From a bacterium (GTDB lineage: Bacteria > Patescibacteriota > Minisyncoccia > Phycocordibacterales > UBA5272), in the NCBI GenBank assembly GCA_023267555.1, contig JAHFMZ010000001.1, forward strand, positions 1 to 62,436: a stretch of 62,436 bases of DNA, given 5' to 3'. Numbering within the stretch: the stretch's first letter is position 1; each line of letters starts with the position of its first letter. Positions 37,957 through 46,751 of this stretch are shown piece after piece. The notes beneath the pieces are model-generated. The model was not told where the DNA came from. It was given only the letters and a program-made list of their open reading frames with translations, and made no database searches. The translations under genes and the position numbers were made by a program.

Positions 37957-39741
37957 ATGCAACAAGAAATTCGTAATATCGCTATTATAGCTCACGTTGA
38001 CCACGGGAAGACAACGCTTACAGACGCACTTATGCAACAGTGCGGTGTTGGTGTTGCTGGACAAACTATGGATTCTAATCCGATGGAAAAAGAACGAGGT
38101 ATTACAATTACAGCGAAGAATACTTCTGTGCCATATAAAGGTGTGAAAATAAATATTCTAGATACTCCTGGTCACGCAGATTTTGGTTCTGAAGTAGAAC
38201 GTGTACTTCGTTCTATCGACTCTGTTTTACTTGTGGTTGATGCTCAAGAAGGTCCAATGCCACAAACTCGTTTCGTTTTGAAAAAGTCTCTTGAGCTAGG
38301 ACTTAGACCTATTGTGGTTATAAATAAAATTGATAAACCAGCGAGTGATGCCAAGCGTGTACACGACGAAGTGTTTGAACTTTTTATGGAACTTGGAGCC
38401 AATGATGCACAACTAGACTTCACAACTGTGTATGCAATTGGGCGTGAAGGTGTGGCAATGAAAAATCTCGATGATGAAAGAAAAGATTTGACCCCGCTAC
38501 TTGAAGTTATACTCTCAAAAGTACCAAAGGCAACGGGAGATATAAATAATCCATTTGTCGCGCAAGTTTTCAATCTCGCATATGATAATTTTCTAGGACG
38601 TATGGCTATTTGTCGTATTTATGATGGAGTCGCAAAAGTTGGTGAAGAAATTATCGTGAAGAAGCCAACCGGAGAAATACGAAAAGGAAAGATTACAAAG
38701 ATGTTTACATTTAATGGTATTACAAGAATTGATGCACAAACGGCCGAGGCTGGAGACATTGTGATGATTGCAGGATTTGCCGATATTTTTATTGGTGAAA
38801 CATTTGTGAAGAATGAAATGGAAGATGCACTTCCAGCAATTCATATTGATGAACCAACTATTGCACTTAATTTTTTGGTTAATGATAGTCCATTTGCTGG
38901 GAAGGAGGGCAAATTTGTGACTGGTCGTCAGATTCGTGATCGTTTGGAAAAGGAACTCGAAGTAAATGTTGGATTAAAAGTAGATTTTGAAATGGATAAG
39001 TTTTTGGTTTATGGTCGTGGTGAACTTCACATCGCTGTACTTCTAGAAACTATGCGTCGTGAAGGATATGAACTTCAAGTATCACAACCGCAAGTTATTT
39101 TTCACGAGAAAGACGGTGTGAAAGAAGAACCGTATGAAGAACTTGTTATCGATGTTCCTGTTGAATCATCTGGTATTGTAATGGAAAAGCTTGGACGTCG
39201 TAAGGCAATTATTTCTGATATGTCGGAAAAGCACGGAGTGAATCGTATCAAAGCCACAATTCCAACTCGAGGACTTCTTGGTTATCGTGGGGAATTTGTT
39301 ATTGATACAAAAGGTTTGGGTATTTTGTCTGCTCGCTTTTTAAAATTTGGTCCATACGCGGGTACTATTACTCGTCGTCTTGTGGGTTCTATGACATCTA
39401 TGACTGGAGGCAAGTCGTTGGCCTTCTCACTTTGGAATCTTCAAGATAGAGGTGTTATCTATATTCTTCCAACAACAGAAGTTTACGAAGGTATGGTTAT
39501 TGGAAACACTTCAAAAGGGGAAGAAATGATGGTGAATCCAACAAAAGGTAAGCAACTTTCAAATATGCGTTCATCTGGTGCTGACGAAGCCATTGTGCTT
39601 GTTCCTGCTTGGGAAATTACTATTGAACGTGGTCTTGAAATTATGAATGCTGATGAATATTTGGAAGTAACACCAAAGTCTGTGCGTTTACGAAAGCAAT
39701 TACTAACTGAATCTGATCGCGCCAAAGCAAATCGTAAATAA
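37957..39741 (+). CDS. typA: translational GTPase TypA/BipA
   Basis: IRNIAIIAHVDHGKTTLTDALM, DTPGHADF, NKIDK, and BipA-type C-terminal domains. Confidence 0.92.
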   Translation: MQQEIRNIAIIAHVDHGKTTLTDALMQQCGVGVAGQTMDSNPMEKERGITITAKNTSVPYKGVKINILDTPGHADFGSEVERVLRSIDSVLLVVDAQEGPMPQTRFVLKKSLELGLRPIVVINKIDKPASDAKRVHDEVFELFMELGANDAQLDFTTVYAIGREGVAMKNLDDERKDLTPLLEVILSKVPKATGDINNPFVAQVFNLAYDNFLGRMAICRIYDGVAKVGEEIIVKKPTGEIRKGKITKMFTFNGITRIDAQTAEAGDIVMIAGFADIFIGETFVKNEMEDALPAIHIDEPTIALNFLVNDSPFAGKEGKFVTGRQIRDRLEKELEVNVGLKVDFEMDKFLVYGRGELHIAVLLETMRREGYELQVSQPQVIFHEKDGVKEEPYEELVIDVPVESSGIVMEKLGRRKAIISDMSEKHGVNRIKATIPTRGLLGYRGEFVIDTKGLGILSARFLKFGPYAGTITRRLVGSMTSMTGGKSLAFSLWNLQDRGVIYILPTTEVYEGMVIGNTSKGEEMMVNPTKGKQLSNMRSSGADEAIVLVPAWEITIERGLEIMNADEYLEVTPKSVRLRKQLLTESDRAKANRK

Positions 39742-39743
39742 AT

Positions 39744-39790
39744 TGAATCATCTACTTTGTCTCATAGCTGAAACAATTTCTGACTTTTTG
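39744..39790 (+). repeat. partial copy (5' arm only) of the stop-proximal palindrome family, copy G
   Basis: AATCATCTACTTTGTC (39746-39761) directly after the typA stop. No centre or 3' arm was recognised. Confidence 0.45.
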
Positions 39791-39813
39791 GGGTGTATAA
39801 TGTATTTATATTT

Positions 39814-40329
39814 ATGAAAAAAATAAGACTCTCTGTAAAAGAAAAAAAGATAACTCGTGGGGTAATTATCTTTTTCGCTATAGTTTTAGTTCTATATGGA
39901 TATCGTTGTATCTCTGAAAAAGTTTGTGAAGTAGACACAATAAATAAATTTGTTCGTCACGACATCACAATTACTATGCCAAATGGTGCGCTTGTAGCTG
40001 AAGTGGCAGACACCAAAAGTTCTCGTGAGCTTGGATTATCTGGACGTAAAAGTATGCGAGCAAACGAAGGTATGTTGTTTGTGTTTGATGCACCTGGACG
40101 ATATGGTTTTTGGATGAAAGATATGAATTTCCCATTAGATATTCTTTGGATAAATCAAAATGGTTATGTGGTGAGTATTGAATCAGATTTTACTCCAGAG
40201 TCGTATTATCAAAAACCTCCGAAGACAGCTATCAATGGTCCAGAAGCAAGTTATGTTCTTGAAATGAATGCTGGACGCGCCGAAGAGTATGGATTATTTC
40301 TAGGTTCTAGAATTATTATTTCGCAATAA
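39814..40329 (+). CDS. DUF192 domain protein
   Basis: LGLSGRKSMRANEGMLFVFDAPGRYGFWMKDMNFPLDILWI. The ATG at 39814 is preferred over the GTG at 39793. Confidence 0.75.
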   Translation: MKKIRLSVKEKKITRGVIIFFAIVLVLYGYRCISEKVCEVDTINKFVRHDITITMPNGALVAEVADTKSSRELGLSGRKSMRANEGMLFVFDAPGRYGFWMKDMNFPLDILWINQNGYVVSIESDFTPESYYQKPPKTAINGPEASYVLEMNAGRAEEYGLFLGSRIIISQ

Positions 40330-40340
40330 ATGCAAAAAAG

Positions 40341-40368
40341 AAAAACGACTCCTTGCGGAGTCGTTTTT
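40341..40368. terminator. terminator hairpin
   Basis: AAAAACGACTCC-TTGC-GGAGTCGTTTTT. Confidence 0.7.
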
Positions 40369-40378
40369 CATCTTTTTT

Positions 40379-40730
40379 GTTCTACCTATAAGCCGAATTC
40401 TGTCTTTGTGCTTACGCACAATGTGTAATCATGTATCTGGGATGATTGTTACCAATCACCTCTAGCGACACTCCCGTATTACTACGGGCACGATCTTGCA
40501 CACACGTAAGGATTTAGCCGTTTCAATTATGTGTTACCACATACATCATCCGTATAAAATTTCTTTTGTACGGAACCTCCAGCTTTCGCTTCGGGCGTCT
40601 CTGCTCGCACCTCTATGATTGCTCACGATGGGAATTACCCACTACGCTTGTTAATCAAATAACTGTGTGTTCGGACTTTCCTCTCTCAATATTAGTATTT
40701 CAAATATGAAGAGCGATTACCTAGTAGAAC
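40379..40730 (-). ncRNA. rnpB: RNase P RNA (bacterial type)
   Basis: The minus strand carries GAGAGGAAAGTCCGAAC (CR-I/P4) and ACAGAATTCGGCTTAT (CR-V/P4). P1 pairs GTTCTAC.. at the 5' end with ..GGTAGAAC at the 3' end. Confidence 0.85.
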
Positions 40731-40736
40731 AAAAAA

Positions 40737-40765
40737 ATAATACAATAAATTAACAAAAAAAGCAA
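40737..40765 (-). promoter_or_regulatory. sigma70-like promoter for rnpB
   Basis: Minus strand TTGCTT-N17-TATTAT. The -10 element ends 7 nt upstream of the predicted rnpB 5' end. Confidence 0.55.
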
Positions 40766-40831
40766 GTGGTATATATGATAGATATTTTATTTCGTGCATA
40801 TATAAGCTTTTTTTGTTAGTATTAAAAGAAT

Positions 40832-42106
40832 ATGATTTTCAGAAATTCTTTTCTTTTGGCTATTTTCAGCATACTTTCTGTCCTCTTAGGAATCTTACGA
40901 GACAGACTACTTGCGACTCACGTTGGAGTGGGTCCGATTCTAGATATTTATAATGCCGCATTTAGATTGCCAGACTTTTTATATGCTATGTCACTTGCTT
41001 TCGTTACAGCAGCGACAGTTGTGCCATTTTTAACAGTCGAAAACAAATCAGGAAATATTGTAGATTCACGCCACAAACTTTCGTCCATCTCACTCTTCTT
41101 TGCCGGAGTCGCTTCTCTCGTCGGTTTGGTTATTGCTGTTACCATTCCACTTTATGCGAATTTAATTGTTCCTGGATTTACTCCTGATCAATTAGTGACA
41201 TTTATTAGTGTCACTAGAATATTAATGATTCAACCAATTTTACTCGGAATCACTTCTCTTATTTCTTGTTTTGCTCAAATGAGAAATCATTTTGTACTTT
41301 ACGGTATTGCTCCGTTAGGATATTCACTTGGAATTATTTTTGGAATTATTAAATTATTTCCAATTTATGGTGTTCACGGCCTTATTTATGGTGTGATTAT
41401 CGGTGCCATAATTTCTTTGATAATTCAAACGTGGACATTGAGGGGCACAAAAATATTGGACGTGTTACCGTATTTTTCTTGGAAACACGTGAAAGAATTA
41501 TTTAGATTATCCTTCCCGAGAACAGGTGTAAATATTCTTACACAATTACGTACAATATTTTTTACAGCGTTTGCCACCACTCTTGGGCCAGGTGTGCTTT
41601 CAAGTTATTTATTCGCTCAAAGAATTACTGATGCTGTGACGCAGATTATTCAACAAAGTGTTACCACAGCGAGTCTACCAGTTCTCTCTAAAGAATTTGT
41701 TGATAAAAATATAAAACAATATAAATATGTAGTAAAAAAGTACGTTCTAATTCTTGGTCTTATAGGTTTGTTTGCCTCTGTTACAATTTACTTTTTGCAA
41801 GACATTGTTATTGGTATTTTGTATGGCAATAGTTCGGCCAATTCATTGATAGCCTTTTTCTTGTTTGGGTTTTTAATTTCATTACCATTACAAATGATGA
41901 TAGGATATATTTCTATTAGTTTATATTCTGCTAAAGATACAAAAAATGTTTTTTATTCTAATTTTATTTCAACTGTCGTAGCCGTAATAGTTTGCTATGT
42001 TAATTTCCCTTTAGGAAATATAAGCTTGGTTTATGGTATTGTTTCAATGACAGTAATCAATTTTCTATCCATAGCACTTTTATATAATCGAAAAAAATTA
42101 AATTAA
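40832..42106 (+). CDS. murJ: lipid II flippase MurJ/MviN family
   Basis: SILSVLLGILRDRLLATHVGVGPILDIYNAAFRLPDFLY start and a multi-TM MOP-superfamily layout. Confidence 0.8.
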   Translation: MIFRNSFLLAIFSILSVLLGILRDRLLATHVGVGPILDIYNAAFRLPDFLYAMSLAFVTAATVVPFLTVENKSGNIVDSRHKLSSISLFFAGVASLVGLVIAVTIPLYANLIVPGFTPDQLVTFISVTRILMIQPILLGITSLISCFAQMRNHFVLYGIAPLGYSLGIIFGIIKLFPIYGVHGLIYGVIIGAIISLIIQTWTLRGTKILDVLPYFSWKHVKELFRLSFPRTGVNILTQLRTIFFTAFATTLGPGVLSSYLFAQRITDAVTQIIQQSVTTASLPVLSKEFVDKNIKQYKYVVKKYVLILGLIGLFASVTIYFLQDIVIGILYGNSSANSLIAFFLFGFLISLPLQMMIGYISISLYSAKDTKNVFYSNFISTVVAVIVCYVNFPLGNISLVYGIVSMTVINFLSIALLYNRKKLN

Positions 42107-42108
42107 AT

Positions 42109-43902
42109 ATGGAAATTAGAAACTTTTCGATTATTGCGCATATTGACCACGGCAAATCTACTCTTGCAGATAGGCTTCTTGAAGTTACTTCGACTGTTGA
42201 TAAGCGCCATATGAAAGAACAAGTGTTGGATAGTATGGAACTCGAGCGTGAGCGCGGTATCACGATTAAGATGACTCCTGTGCGAATGAATTATAAAGGA
42301 AGAGATGGTAAAGAATATATTTTGAATTTGATTGATACTCCGGGGCATATAGATTTTTCGTATGAAGTTTCTCGTTCGCTTCGTGCTGTTGAAGGAACGT
42401 TACTTTTGGTTGATTCCACTCAAGGTGTACAAGCGCAAACTTTAACTACACTTGAAATGGCGAAAGAAACAGGACTTACAATTATTCCTGTGATAACAAA
42501 AATTGATAGTCCACTAGCACAAGTGGATGATGTAAAAGAAGAAATTGTGCGATTACTTGGTTGTCGTGAAAGTGAAATACTCGCAGTGTCTGGGAAAACA
42601 GGTGAAGGTGTCAAAGAATTAATTGAAGAAATAATTTTGCGTGTACCAGCACCAAAAAGCGAATATGTAGATGAAAAAGGCAATCAAACACGGGCGCTTA
42701 TTTTTGATTTTGAATACAGCAATCATATGGGGGTTATTTTGTATGTTCGTGTACTAGACGGCAATGTGAAAGCTGGAGACACTTTAACTTTCCTTCAGTC
42801 CAAATCAAAATTTATTATTCGTGAAGTCGGAACTTTTTCTCCAGAAAAACGTGAGAAAGAAATTGTGAAAGCTGGTGAGATTGGATATATTGTGACAGGC
42901 ATCAAAGAACCAGGTATCGCACGTGTTGGAGATACAGTTACCACAGCGTCTCGACCGCTTCCAGCTTTCCCAGGATATGCCGAACCAGTGCCAATTGTAT
43001 TTGCGTCAATTTATCCAGAAAGCCAAGATGAGTTTGATGATTTGCGCTCATCTCTTTCAAAATTAAAATTATCGGATTCGTCATTAACTTTTGAAGAAGA
43101 ATCTTCTGGTGCTCTTGGCCGTGGATTTCGCTCGGGCTTCTTGGGTATGCTTCACTTAGAAATTGTAACGGAAAGACTTCGTCGTGAATTTGATCAAGAA
43201 CTCGTAGTCACGACCCCGTCTATTACTTATGAAGTGACACTTAAAAATGGAGAAGTAGAAATGGTTTATACACCGATACATTTTCCTGATCACGGTATGT
43301 ATTCTTCTGTTCGTGAGCCGTGGATTATTTTGACTTTGATTACACCCCACGACTATGTAAGTCCTTTGATGCAATTATTCCCACCACACGAAGCCGAAGT
43401 GATAAATTTGAGTGATTGGGGACATAATCGTGTAAAGATACAACTTAATATGCCACTTCGTGAACTTATGCGTAATTTTTTTAATGAAGTAAAATCTGCA
43501 TCAAGTGGTTATGCTTCTATTGTTTATGAAAAAGGGGAAATGAAACAAGCTGATGTGACACGTTTGGATGTATATGTTGCTGAAGAAAGAGTGACTGCAT
43601 TTTCTCGAGTGATACCAGAATATCGTACACGCGAAGAAAGTGAAGAAGTGGTAGAAAAATTGGAAAAGATTTTACCCAGAGAAATGTTTCGTGTAAAAAT
43701 ACAGGCTTATGTACACGGTAAAATTATTGCATCTCGTTCTATTGCACCAATGAAAAAAGATGTGACAGGATATATGTACGGAGGAGATATTACTAGAAAG
43801 ATGAAATTGCGAGAGAAACAGAAAAGGGGAAAGGATAGAATGGAAAGAGAGGGTAAGGTTCACATATCACACGATACTTTCCTTTCAATGATGAAGCCCT
43901 AA
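42109..43902 (+). CDS. lepA: elongation factor 4 (LepA)
   Basis: IRNFSIIAHIDHGKSTLADRLLE, DTPGHIDF, and the LepA C-terminal domain. Confidence 0.93.
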   Translation: MEIRNFSIIAHIDHGKSTLADRLLEVTSTVDKRHMKEQVLDSMELERERGITIKMTPVRMNYKGRDGKEYILNLIDTPGHIDFSYEVSRSLRAVEGTLLLVDSTQGVQAQTLTTLEMAKETGLTIIPVITKIDSPLAQVDDVKEEIVRLLGCRESEILAVSGKTGEGVKELIEEIILRVPAPKSEYVDEKGNQTRALIFDFEYSNHMGVILYVRVLDGNVKAGDTLTFLQSKSKFIIREVGTFSPEKREKEIVKAGEIGYIVTGIKEPGIARVGDTVTTASRPLPAFPGYAEPVPIVFASIYPESQDEFDDLRSSLSKLKLSDSSLTFEEESSGALGRGFRSGFLGMLHLEIVTERLRREFDQELVVTTPSITYEVTLKNGEVEMVYTPIHFPDHGMYSSVREPWIILTLITPHDYVSPLMQLFPPHEAEVINLSDWGHNRVKIQLNMPLRELMRNFFNEVKSASSGYASIVYEKGEMKQADVTRLDVYVAEERVTAFSRVIPEYRTREESEEVVEKLEKILPREMFRVKIQAYVHGKIIASRSIAPMKKDVTGYMYGGDITRKMKLREKQKRGKDRMEREGKVHISHDTFLSMMKP

Positions 43903-43910
43903 AGAAATCT

Positions 43911-43990
43911 CCAAAATCATTTCATCTACTTCGTTACGGGTCCCAAGTTTCTCAGTTAACTTACAGACGATATCTTCTTTGATTTTTTAT
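43911..43990 (+). repeat. shortened copy of the stop-proximal palindrome family, copy H
   Basis: CCAAAATCATTTCATCTACTTCGTTACGGGTCCC (compare copy E) .. GATATCTTCTTTGATTTT (compare the 3' arm of copy F). The central GTAC hairpin is missing. Confidence 0.5.
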
Positions 43991-44097
43991 TGAAACAATG
44001 CAATTACTGAAAATCCAACCATTCCGACAATAGCAACAATTGATACTATTGCCCAGATATGTTGTATCCTTTTTCTATTTTTTGTACTGAAATTCAT
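43987..44097 (-). CDS. possible 36-aa membrane peptide
   Basis: My own translation, below the ORF-track cutoff: MNFSTKNRKRIQHIWAIVSIVAIVGMVGFSVIALFQ, one TM helix. Confidence 0.3.
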   Translation of the reverse strand: MNFSTKNRKRIQHIWAIVSIVAIVGMVGFSVIALFQ

Positions 44098-44138
44098 ATG
44101 TTTATTTATTTAGTTCTTGGTATAATACTAGCAAAGCT

Positions 44139-44534
44139 ATGAAAGAATATCAACAGAAGTATATGGTGCGCACGTTACTCTATTCTAGAGTAACAATAAT
44201 TTTCTTATTTCTTATCTGTATTTTGCTTTTACGTTCAATAATGGAATTGAATGATAAACGTATTGAATCTGCAAAACTTCGTAACGATTCAGCTGTTGAA
44301 CGCAAAGCTTTAGAAGATAAAGTAGCAAAAGCAGAAGCAAAAAATGCTGATATTGCTACTCCTCGCGGATTTGAAAATTATGTACGTACTACGTATCCTG
44401 TGGTAAAAGAAGGCGAAGGTGTTATTGTGATTTATGATGAAGCAAACAATTTAGTTAGCCCTGTACGTGAAGATATGACTATTTGGGAGCGTTTACTTGT
44501 GTGGTGGAATAGATTTGTGTCGCGTAAAGGTTAG
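44139..44534 (+). CDS. hypothetical protein, FtsB/DivIC-like layout (TM helix plus coiled coil)
   Basis: TM helix VTIIFLFLICILLL followed by a charged heptad-like segment. The family call is weak. Confidence 0.45.
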   Translation: MKEYQQKYMVRTLLYSRVTIIFLFLICILLLRSIMELNDKRIESAKLRNDSAVERKALEDKVAKAEAKNADIATPRGFENYVRTTYPVVKEGEGVIVIYDEANNLVSPVREDMTIWERLLVWWNRFVSRKG

Positions 44535-44542
44535 TAAAATAT

Positions 44543-44613
44543 GCGGGATTAGTTTAGTGGTAGAATGCGACCTTCCCAAGGTTGAGGCACGAATTCGATT
44601 TTCGTATCCCGCA
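44543..44613 (+). tRNA. tRNA-Gly (anticodon CCC)
   Basis: Acceptor GCGGGAT/ATCCCGC, anticodon arm CGACC-TTCCCAA-GGTTG, T arm ACGAA-TTCGATT-TTCGT. Confidence 0.85.
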
Positions 44614-44688
44614 CAAAAAAGTTTTGATTTATTTTTCTAAAATCTAGTCCCTAGTCCCTAAAACCTATCCTTGTTATACTGAACATCT

Positions 44689-44928
44689 ATGGAAACAAAA
44701 AAAGTAGAAATTTATAGTACAGAAACTTGTCACTTTTGTCATATGGCAAAAGATTGGTTGAAAGAAAAAGGTGTTCCATTCACAGATTATAATGTTGGGA
44801 CAGATATGGGAAAAAGAAAAGAGATGGTAGAACTTACAGGACAAATGGGAGTGCCGGTTATAAAAATTGGGGATGAAGTTGTGGTGGGGTTTAATGAAGG
44901 TAAGTTGAAGGAATTATTGGGGGTATAA
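44689..44928 (+). CDS. glutaredoxin-like protein (NrdH/YruB type)
   Basis: VEIYSTETCHFCHMAKDWLKEKGVPF..GVPVIKIG. Confidence 0.85.
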   Translation: METKKVEIYSTETCHFCHMAKDWLKEKGVPFTDYNVGTDMGKRKEMVELTGQMGVPVIKIGDEVVVGFNEGKLKELLGV

Positions 44929-44934
44929 GCCATA

Positions 44935-45149
44935 AATCACTTCATCTGCAAGAATCGGTCACAAAAGCTATTTTAATATTCTGGTCACGAGTTACTAATT
45001 GTGCTAACCACACTACGTGTGGGTTGCTCATAAGTACTCTCGACCCCGCCTCGTGGTTTTGTAAAAGTCAGGAATACAACTTTTACAAAACATCACTGCG
45101 GCCCACAAAACTAAAAATCTTTAGCAGAAAAGATTTTCTTAACGTTTTG
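44935..45149 (-). ncRNA. divergent, longer relative of the tRNA-trailing module (downstream of tRNA-Arg)
   Basis: The minus strand has a hairpin AAAATCTTT-TCTGCT-AAAGATTTT, GGCGGGGTCG, a long arm GGTCGAGAGTACT../..AGTAACTCGTGACC, and GTGACC-GATT-CTTGC, which matches the tRNA-Arg T loop and stem. No acceptor-strand copy is present. Confidence 0.35.
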
Positions 45150-45221
45150 TGCCCCCGGCAAGAATCGAACTCACATTAATCCCTTAGGACGGGATTGTTC
45201 TATCCATTGAACTACGAGGGC
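45150..45221 (-). tRNA. tRNA-Arg (anticodon CCU)
   Basis: Minus strand GCCCTCG..CGGGGGC acceptor (one G-U pair), D arm GTTC-AATGGATA-GAAC, anticodon arm ATCCC-GTCCTAA-GGGAT, T loop TTCGATT. Confidence 0.8.
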
Positions 45222-45289
45222 GTTTAACGATTCTATCACATTTGTACACTTGGTAGGATATAAAAATACTATATACTAATAATATACAT

Positions 45290-45613
45290 ATGTCGTCAGA
45301 TTTAAATAATCAGGAAAAATTAGAAGCAATCTATCAGATGACATTAGAAAATAATGCTGTGTTACGTACAATACGTAGACAACAATATTTTTCTACTGCT
45401 TTAAGAGTTCTCTACTGGTTAATAGTATTAGGAGTACTGGGAAGCGTTTATTACTTTGCAAGACCACTTGTTACAGGACTCTCTGAAAATTCTAACAGAA
45501 TAGAGGAAACTCTTACTCAATTCAATCAATTACGTGGACAATTACCAGAAATAAAGATGCTTAATCAAGTCATCAATGGTATTACGCCCGCAACAGCGAC
45601 CCCAGCACAGTAA
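45290..45613 (+). CDS. hypothetical protein with one TM helix
   Basis: 107-aa ORF. ALRVLYWLIVLGVLGSVYYF is hydrophobic. Confidence 0.5.
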   Translation: MSSDLNNQEKLEAIYQMTLENNAVLRTIRRQQYFSTALRVLYWLIVLGVLGSVYYFARPLVTGLSENSNRIEETLTQFNQLRGQLPEIKMLNQVINGITPATATPAQ

Positions 45614-45662
45614 AATTAAAAACCACAACAATTGTTGTGGTTTTTAATTTTACTGTGCTGGG
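45601..45662. terminator. perfect 31-bp palindrome (bidirectional terminator candidate) spanning a CDS stop and the tRNA-Phe 3' end
   Basis: CCCAGCACAGTAAAATTAAAAACCACAACAA|TTGTTGTGGTTTTTAATTTTACTGTGCTGGG has no mismatch and no loop. Confidence 0.7.
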
Positions 45663-45728
45663 AGGCAGGCTCGAACTGCCGACCCTTTGCTCTTCAGGCA
45701 AATGCTCTACCAACTGAGCTATCCCAGC
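45656..45728 (-). tRNA. tRNA-Phe (anticodon GAA)
   Basis: Minus strand GCTGGGA-TA-GCTC-AGTTGGTA-GAGC-A-TTTGC-CTGAAGA-GCAAA-GGGTC-GGCAG-TTCGAGC-CTGCC-TCCCAGC-A. Confidence 0.9.
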
Positions 45729-45834
45729 ATATATTTTATTTTAACAAACTTGTTTTATAAAAATATAAGTATTATTTTAGCATAAAATTAGTAAAAATAA
45801 AACGTCGAGAAAAGGGTGTTATAATATCCTGAAT

Positions 45835-46065
45835 ATGGAAACAACAATACAAATCATCGGCTGGGTTGGAACCTTTTTAATTCTTTTGGCTTACTATCTT
45901 GTTTCAAACAAAAAGGTTGGGGCTGAAAGCAGGATGTATCAAGCAATGAATCTCATTGGGGCTATTTGTATGGGTATTAATGTTTTTTATCAACAGGCGT
46001 GGCCAGCTGTTGCTTTGCAAACTATCTGGGGAGTTATAGCAATTGTTTCCTTGGTAAAAAAATAA
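45835..46065 (+). CDS. hypothetical small membrane protein
   Basis: 76 aa with three hydrophobic segments. Confidence 0.5.
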   Translation: METTIQIIGWVGTFLILLAYYLVSNKKVGAESRMYQAMNLIGAICMGINVFYQQAWPAVALQTIWGVIAIVSLVKK

Positions 46066-46086
46066 AACCACCTTTTCGGTGGTTTT
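46064..46086. terminator. bidirectional terminator hairpin
   Basis: AAAACCACC-TTTTC-GGTGGTTTT with T and A runs on both sides. Confidence 0.7.
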
Positions 46087-46092
46087 ATTTTT

Positions 46093-46638
46093 TTAAATTG
46101 ACTTCACTTTCAATTTTGTTTGTCTAGCCTTGTCCACCTTCGGTAATCTAATTATCAAAAGTCCGTGCTTTTCTACCGCTTCTGCATCTTCAATTTCTAC
46201 TTCGTGTGGAAGTAAAATCGTTCTTGTGAATGTTCCCCAGTAAAGTTCTTTGTAAAAATAATCATCGTGAGTGATTTGTGTATTACCATCACGTCGTCCT
46301 TTGATAGTAACCATATCACGAGTGATAGAAAGATGAAGATCTTCTGGTTTTACACCTGCCACCATAGCTTCTATGATAATTTCTGTTGGTGTTTGATAAA
46401 CATCGACTGAAAGTTCTCCTTCTTCCATATCAACATCCATATCATCCATATCTTCATTAACCATAGGACTGTGTGCTCGTGCTTTTGTTTGGAGATTTTC
46501 ATTTTTCTTACCTATATGTTTGATAGGTAATTCTTCAGCATCTTCATCTTCTCTACCGAAATCTACAATTTCATCCTCATCATCCACGCTTATAGAACCA
46601 GCGAGACGTTCAAAAAATGATTTTTTTTCTTTAAGCAT
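46093..46638 (-). CDS. Hsp20/alpha-crystallin family small heat-shock protein
   Basis: Alpha-crystallin domain ..VDVYQTPTEIIIEAMVAGVKPEDL..FTRTILLPHEVEIEDAEAVEKHGLLIIRLPK. Confidence 0.8.
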   Translation of the reverse strand: MLKEKKSFFERLAGSISVDDEDEIVDFGREDEDAEELPIKHIGKKNENLQTKARAHSPMVNEDMDDMDVDMEEGELSVDVYQTPTEIIIEAMVAGVKPEDLHLSITRDMVTIKGRRDGNTQITHDDYFYKELYWGTFTRTILLPHEVEIEDAEAVEKHGLLIIRLPKVDKARQTKLKVKSI

Positions 46639-46751
46639 AATAATAGACAGTTATATGTGTATGTGGACAGTATACAGCTTGTATTGTGTTAATGGTGAAT
46701 AGTTATACACAGGTAATAGCTTTAGCTATCAAAATACGAAATTTATTAATA

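Noticed and set aside
44935-45149. A hidden additional tRNA gene between the glutaredoxin gene and tRNA-Arg
   Set aside because: Only the T-loop and T-stem fragment GATTCTTGC is tRNA-like. There is no acceptor pairing, no D arm and no anticodon arm.
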